A stretch of DNA of 64,000 bases, from NCBI GenBank assembly GCA_964366325.1, contig CAYITD010000005.1, positions 8,267-72,266 on the forward strand. The letters run 5' to 3'. Shown here one piece after another: positions 59,152 to 64,000 of this stretch. The notes beneath the pieces were generated by a model. The model had not been told where the DNA came from. It did no database searches and saw nothing but the letters and a program-made list of their open reading frames with translations. The DNA is from Candidatus Woesearchaeota archaeon (GTDB lineage Archaea; Nanobdellota; Nanobdellia; Pacearchaeales; GW2011-AR1). Made by a program: the position numbers and the translations under genes. Positions within the stretch are counted from its first letter, which is position 1. Each line of letters starts with the position of its first letter.

Positions 59152-61170
59152 ATGAACAAAATGAGGTTTGATGCCAGCGGTAAATTTGTTGGTATCGAGG
59201 GAAATGGAAGTATTATTGAGTTTAAGAATAGCCCTGAGAAGACTAATGGAGAGACATTAAAAACATCTGAAGAATTGGAATTTTTAAAGGAGATAAAAAA
59301 GGTTGATAATGTTTTCGATAACCCTTATTGGAGTTTATATGACTCTGAAAAAGAGCTGAAACCTTTAACCTTTTCAAATGAAAAAACGCAGGAAGACATT
59401 GTCAAAGAAATAGTTGGACATATAAAAGATGGAAGGAAAATTGTTCTTCTTAAAGGCGCGTGTGGAACTGGAAAGTCGGCTATTGCTCTGAATATTGCTA
59501 GAAACCTTGGAAAAAGTTGTATTATTGTTCCTATAAAAAGTCTGCAAAGGCAATATGAAAAAGATTATACTAACAAGAAATACCTATTAAAGAAAAATGG
59601 AACAAGAATGAAAATTGCAGTTATAACTGGAAGAGATAACCATGATTCAATAATTTATCCAGGAGTTTCTTGTGCTGACCCTTATTTGCCAGACACTATA
59701 AAATTAACTGAAAAAAACTATGAAAAAATAAAAGAGTATTACTTAGAGAACCCTTTAATTTCTAATAAGGCTCTGCCTAATATTAAAAATTTAAGAAGAA
59801 TGTCTATAGCTCCTGCTAATCCTTACTGGAGCCCTATATTTAATTCGGATATTGAACTTAATCAAATAAAAGATGCTAAAAAATACAAGTATGAAGGTAT
59901 AGGTGGAAAGCAATTTACTTTTTATCATAGAAAAAATGGATGCTCTTACTATGATCAGTATCTTGCTTATACTGAAGCAGATGTTATAATATTTAATTCT
60001 GCTAAATATCTTGCAGAAATGGCTTTGGAAAGAAAACCTATGAGTGAGGTAGATATTATTGATGAAGCTGATGACTTTCTTGATAGTTTGACAAATAGTT
60101 TTGAATTAAATCTAACAAGGCTTTCTGCTTCTTTGAAAAATTTGTATCCAGAAAAAGAAAGCGCTATAAAAGCAAAAGAAAAAATAGTGAATTTAGTAGA
60201 TTTAGAAGAGACAAATAAGAAAGCTCTAGGAATTGATGAGAATAAAATACATAAAATAGAAGAAACTAAAGTTATTGAAATTTTCAAAATATTATTGGAT
60301 AGTTTAGAATTGCAATCTGAAATTTTAATTGATGAAACAAATTATGCTAATAGTGTTCTTGAAGCTGTAGAGAATTTCAAAGAATCTTTCAAAGACACAT
60401 ATTTAACTTATAAAAAGGAAGAAGATAATCTTTATGTAAATATTGTCAATACTGATCTGGCAAAAAAATTTAATGAGATAGTAGAAAAAAACAAAGCAGT
60501 TATTTTAATGTCTGGGACTTTACACTCTGCAAGCGTTATGAAAAACATTTTTGGAGCTAAAGATTTCGCCACTGTTGAAGCTGAAACTTTAAACCAAGGA
60601 AATATAGAGATAGTTAGAACTGGCAAAGAGTTTGATTGTAGATATAGCAATTTTCAGAATGGAACCAATAATAGAGAAGATTATCTGCATGCTCTTTCAT
60701 ACGTTATTGAAAGATCTGTAAAACCTACATTAGTGCATGTCAATGCCTTTTCTGACCTGCCAACTCGCGAAGAAACAGAAAAATTTGATGTAGGAAATTT
60801 GAAGACAAAGGAAGAGCTGATTAAGGAGCAGTATGATGATAGAGATGGTAGAAAAATTCAAATGTTTAGAGATGGATTAGTTAACTCTTTATTCACTACA
60901 AAATGTTCAAGAGGGGTTGATTTTCCTGGAAAGATGTGTAATTCTGTGGTTTTTACTAAGTTTCCAAATCCTAACGTGCGAGATATTTTTTGGAGAATTT
61001 TAGAAAAGACAAAACCTGAATATTATTGGGATTTTTATAAAGATAAAGCTTGGAGAGAATTTTTACAAAGAATTTATAGAGCGGTTAGATTTAAGGAAGA
61101 TCACGTTTATGTTATGTCTCCTGATTTAAGAATATTGAAAGCTGTAAGAGAATTACAAGAGAAAAGCTGA
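59152..61170 (+). CDS. SF2 helicase, Rad3/XPD/DinG-like
   Basis: Walker A GACGTGKSAIAL, Walker B IIDEADDFLD, C-terminal TKCSRGVDFPG..VVFTKFPNPN; no obvious 4-Cys FeS cluster. Confidence 0.65.
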   Translation: MNKMRFDASGKFVGIEGNGSIIEFKNSPEKTNGETLKTSEELEFLKEIKKVDNVFDNPYWSLYDSEKELKPLTFSNEKTQEDIVKEIVGHIKDGRKIVLLKGACGTGKSAIALNIARNLGKSCIIVPIKSLQRQYEKDYTNKKYLLKKNGTRMKIAVITGRDNHDSIIYPGVSCADPYLPDTIKLTEKNYEKIKEYYLENPLISNKALPNIKNLRRMSIAPANPYWSPIFNSDIELNQIKDAKKYKYEGIGGKQFTFYHRKNGCSYYDQYLAYTEADVIIFNSAKYLAEMALERKPMSEVDIIDEADDFLDSLTNSFELNLTRLSASLKNLYPEKESAIKAKEKIVNLVDLEETNKKALGIDENKIHKIEETKVIEIFKILLDSLELQSEILIDETNYANSVLEAVENFKESFKDTYLTYKKEEDNLYVNIVNTDLAKKFNEIVEKNKAVILMSGTLHSASVMKNIFGAKDFATVEAETLNQGNIEIVRTGKEFDCRYSNFQNGTNNREDYLHALSYVIERSVKPTLVHVNAFSDLPTREETEKFDVGNLKTKEELIKEQYDDRDGRKIQMFRDGLVNSLFTTKCSRGVDFPGKMCNSVVFTKFPNPNVRDIFWRILEKTKPEYYWDFYKDKAWREFLQRIYRAVRFKEDHVYVMSPDLRILKAVRELQEKS

Positions 61171-61245
61171 TTTATTAGAAAGTTATTAGCCAATTTTTAC
61201 TGGAAATATAGTTTTTACATTGGTGGGAATACGGCATTAATAGAA

Positions 61246-61812
61246 TTAGTTTATTTTTGCTCTCTGGAGCGCATTAGTTACTTCCTCTAGATTACTACCG
61301 TCGTAGCGGATCACTTGTTCATGTTTAAAATCTCTATTTTCTTCATTTGTGGGCATGATTACTAAACCTCTATTTCTCCACTTGAGCCAACCTTCAATAT
61401 AAGATGGAAAATCATCTACCAAAACTCTCCCATAGACCTGGGACTTATCTCGCGTTATTGTAATATCCGCATCGTTTCCCAAATTTTTATCCACCCATTT
61501 TTTCTTCCCTGACCAAGAAAATGGATTTCTTCTCGGACCCTGCGTAAGAATTACTATTCTATAATCTAACTGTCTAGCAACTTTTAAAACGTCCCAGCCG
61601 AGTTGAAGTTTAGGTAAGTTTTCCCACCAGCTTTCTGTTGATCTTATTAAATCTGCACGATTCCTTATGTAATCAGGCGAACCGTCTCTTACTGGATGTT
61701 TGTACCTTTCTTCAACTGGGTTCCTTAATTTTTCTAAATCTTCAGATAATCTAGTATGATAATCGCAAAGAGTTCCATCAAGATCAAACAAGGCTATGTT
61801 TTCTGGCTTCAT
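61246..61812 (-). CDS. HAD-superfamily 5'(3')-deoxyribonucleotidase-like phosphatase
   Basis: LFDLDGTLCDY (DxDxT), ILTQGP, VLVDDFP; start set to ATG 61812. Confidence 0.55.
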   Translation of the reverse strand: MKPENIALFDLDGTLCDYHTRLSEDLEKLRNPVEERYKHPVRDGSPDYIRNRADLIRSTESWWENLPKLQLGWDVLKVARQLDYRIVILTQGPRRNPFSWSGKKKWVDKNLGNDADITITRDKSQVYGRVLVDDFPSYIEGWLKWRNRGLVIMPTNEENRDFKHEQVIRYDGSNLEEVTNALQRAKIN

Positions 61813-61920
61813 AATACCATAAAATAAATCCTTATTCTTTATAACAATTATTACACTCAAGAAGTTAAATAAATGATTAAATTAACACAAGTTATTTAAA
61901 TTAATTAATTAATTATCAAT

Positions 61921-62988
61921 ATGGATAAATTGCTTCTAAAACCCGCGATGTTTAAACCATCTTTTAATGATTGGGAGATTACTGGTGTTTTAAACCCTGG
62001 TGGAATTAGAATGCAGAATGGTAAAATTTGTTTATATGTTAGAGTTGCTGAGAAACCAAAACAAAACTCAAGCGGAAAATTGATGTGTCCAGTAATAGTT
62101 TCTAAGGATGAATATAAAGCCGAATCAGATTCATTTAATAAAAAAGAAATTAAGATTCAAAATGGGAATGTTTTATATTTGAAGAATTCTATTTGCAGGC
62201 TAACTAACATTTCACACTTTAGAAAAGTTATTTTGGAGGAGAATGGTTTTGAAGTTTCAGAGATTTCTGATAAACCTAATTTTATGGGAATTCCTGGGGA
62301 AAGTGAATATGGTGTTGAGGATTGCAGAATTGTAAAACTCGAAGGAAGATATTGCATGACTTATGTTGCTGTTTCTAAAGACAATGGAGTTTCTGTTGCA
62401 CTTGCAACATCTAAAGACTTAACTAACTGGGAAAGAAAAGGAATAATATTTCAAGAGCAGAACAAGGATGCTGTTCTTTTCCCCGAGAAAATAAAAGGCC
62501 TATATGTTGCTTTAAATCGGCCTGAAAGCCAATTTATTTTTAGCAGGCCTAGTATCTGGATTTCTTATTCTAAAGATCTTATTTATTGGGGAAGAGAGAA
62601 AACAATACTGAGAGTAAGAGAAAACTCTTGGGGAGATAAAAGAAACGGCGCTGGTGCACCTCCTTTGAAAACGAATAAGGGCTGGCTTTTGATTTATCAT
62701 GGTGTCGGAAAACTAAATGGAAAAGATGCTTATAGCACAGGCGCGGCTTTACTAGATTTAAAAAACCCTGAAAAAGTTATAGCTAGATCACCGAAAAATA
62801 AGCCTTTATTTTACCCAAAGTATGATTATGAAAAAAAAGGATTTTACAATAATGTTGTTTTTCCAACTGCGGCTATTTTTACTAAAGATAAAAAAGAAAT
62901 TTTGATTTATTCTGGTGCCGCTGATAGATATGTGAGTGTTAGGAAACTGAAAGTGAGCGAGATCTTGCAGCATCTCGAATACTACTAG
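61921..62988 (+). CDS. GH130-family glycoside phosphorylase/hydrolase (DUF377-type)
   Basis: VLNPGGI, GVEDCRIVKLEGRYCMTY, NKDAVLFPEKI, GAGAPPLKTNKGWLLIYHGV. Confidence 0.8.
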   Translation: MDKLLLKPAMFKPSFNDWEITGVLNPGGIRMQNGKICLYVRVAEKPKQNSSGKLMCPVIVSKDEYKAESDSFNKKEIKIQNGNVLYLKNSICRLTNISHFRKVILEENGFEVSEISDKPNFMGIPGESEYGVEDCRIVKLEGRYCMTYVAVSKDNGVSVALATSKDLTNWERKGIIFQEQNKDAVLFPEKIKGLYVALNRPESQFIFSRPSIWISYSKDLIYWGREKTILRVRENSWGDKRNGAGAPPLKTNKGWLLIYHGVGKLNGKDAYSTGAALLDLKNPEKVIARSPKNKPLFYPKYDYEKKGFYNNVVFPTAAIFTKDKKEILIYSGAADRYVSVRKLKVSEILQHLEYY

Positions 62989-63292
62989 CTTTTTGAAAAA
63001 TAAATCTGTATTTTTCATATGGGCTTTCAAAGCAAAGTCTTGCAGTACTTGCTATATTTTTTCCATAACCTATATTCCATATTTCTAAATCTGATCTTAA
63101 TCTGCACATTTCTGAAGGTTGCAAAGAGAATGAATCATGTAGTTCTTCGTCTAAAAAGTCAAAACGGACTATGTACCCTCCACCCCTTTGTGTGAATTGA
63201 CTAAGTTGAATTAAAAAGACTAAATTTCTGGTTGTTCTTTCTTCTATTTGTATTCTGTCATCTTTAAAAAAATCGTATCTGACTTTAGACAT
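62939..63292 (-). CDS. hypothetical protein (orphan), 3' end overlaps the GH130 3' end by 50 nt
   Basis: 117-aa ORF with ACTTATATATC about 22 nt upstream of the ATG. Confidence 0.3.
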   Translation of the reverse strand: MSKVRYDFFKDDRIQIEERTTRNLVFLIQLSQFTQRGGGYIVRFDFLDEELHDSFSLQPSEMCRLRSDLEIWNIGYGKNIASTARLCFESPYEKYRFIFQKASSIRDAARSRSLSVS

Positions 63293-63413
63293 TGAGATTT
63301 TAAGATATATAAGTTAAAAAGGATTATGTTAGTGAGATTGTTATAAAAAGTTAGGCTAAACAGATAGCGTTTACCACAATTATCTTTAAAAGTTTGCAAT
63401 ATGCTCTAAATAA

Positions 63414-64000
63414 ATGGGAAGAATGAAGAGAGGATTTTGTTTGGTGTCTCAGCAGATAAGAGATGAAATTATAGAAGGCAGGATTATTGTTGGAGATAGA
63501 AATTTATCTAGGACAGATAGTGGCGCTTTTATTGATTCTGATCTTGAAAGTAGAGTTCAGCCCTCTTCCTTTGAACCGACAATAGGAGATGAAATTTTTG
63601 TTTTGGATGTTGAGAGAAATGTTGTATTTGATTCTTTTAGAAGAAAAAAAGTTTACAGGAGCTTACTGGAAATACCCTCAAGACATAGAGAAAGAGTGGA
63701 TATAAGTGAAGGTTATGAAATGAAAATAGGATTTAACTATTTGGTCAGGCTTGAAGAAAAAGTTAGATTGGGTCCTGAAGAAATGATAAGGGCTTCTCCG
63801 AAAAGTAGCACAGGGAGGCTCTTTCCAACAGTTAGAATGATATCTGACAATGGATATCGAGCATTTGACGAAGTGCATAATAAACAATCTTTGGACAAGA
63901 TTCTAGAATTATGGTTGCTTATTCAGCCAACTGCTTTTAATTTAGTAGTTCACCCAGAACTGACTTTGAATCAATTAAGATTCTTTAGAGGTAGAAATGC
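63414..64000 (+). CDS. dcd: 2'-deoxycytidine 5'-triphosphate deaminase, long (DCD) form, 3' end outside the window
   Basis: Open frame to the window end, absent from the ORF track because it has no stop; VQPSSFEPTIGDE, ASPKSSTGRLFPTVRMISD, LTLNQLRFF. Confidence 0.65.
   Translation, partial: MGRMKRGFCLVSQQIRDEIIEGRIIVGDRNLSRTDSGAFIDSDLESRVQPSSFEPTIGDEIFVLDVERNVVFDSFRRKKVYRSLLEIPSRHRERVDISEGYEMKIGFNYLVRLEEKVRLGPEEMIRASPKSSTGRLFPTVRMISDNGYRAFDEVHNKQSLDKILELWLLIQPTAFNLVVHPELTLNQLRFFRGRN

Noticed and set aside
1-64000. Bacterial (for example CPR) origin of the contig, suggested by LpxC-like, M15/DUF882, Liv ABC, LemA and RRM genes
   Set aside because: P0/P1 stalk proteins, L40e, L37Ae, aIF5A with hypusine loop, EF-1alpha, RpoN, Spt5, the BHB-type tRNA intron and TATA-type promoters are archaeal. 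The bacterial-type genes are better explained as acquisitions.

Overview
AT-rich (about one-third GC by eye) archaeal chromosome segment, most consistent with a small-genome DPANN-type archaeon; the lineage call is inference. The translation and transcription core is clearly archaeal: nusG/spt5, L11, L1, P0, P1, L40e, L37Ae, aIF5A, EF-1alpha, RpoN, SecE, FtsZ and TrpRS. There are four tRNAs: Ser-UGA, Pro-UGG, Gln-CUG with a 27-nt intron at 37/38, and Thr-GGU. Other content includes a Liv-type ABC transporter, S2P and HtpX proteases, LemA, a Kef-type antiporter, NAD kinase, transaldolase, GH130, a partial dCTP deaminase, three very large surface proteins and many orphan small genes. No CRISPR array, rRNA, transposase or integrase gene was seen. 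Main hunt results: (1) Six divergent gene pairs have exactly 51 nt between their ATGs, each with one central TATA box, which implies fixed-geometry bidirectional leaderless promoters. (2) A modular hairpin-containing intergenic repeat family occurs at six loci, always in the same orientation, with a 25-nt core identical in three copies. (3) The ribosomal stalk operon is remodelled: an orphan gene is coupled between P0 and P1, P0 lacks its tail, and L11 carries a stalk-hinge-like tail. (4) tRNA-linked mobility scars are present: a LAGLIDADG ORF ends inside the tRNA-Thr anticodon loop, and the tRNA-Gln 3' end is directly repeated three times. (5) A tRNA-Thr-adjacent accessory island holds a RelE pair, a PD-(D/E)xK-like ORF, an HhH/FeS glycosylase-like gene and orphans. 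(6) Bacterial-type genes sit in an archaeal context (LpxC-like with an intact active site, Tat-signal M15/DUF882 peptidase), alongside a receptor with a degenerate class III cyclase domain. All family assignments rest on motifs read by eye; no searches were run.
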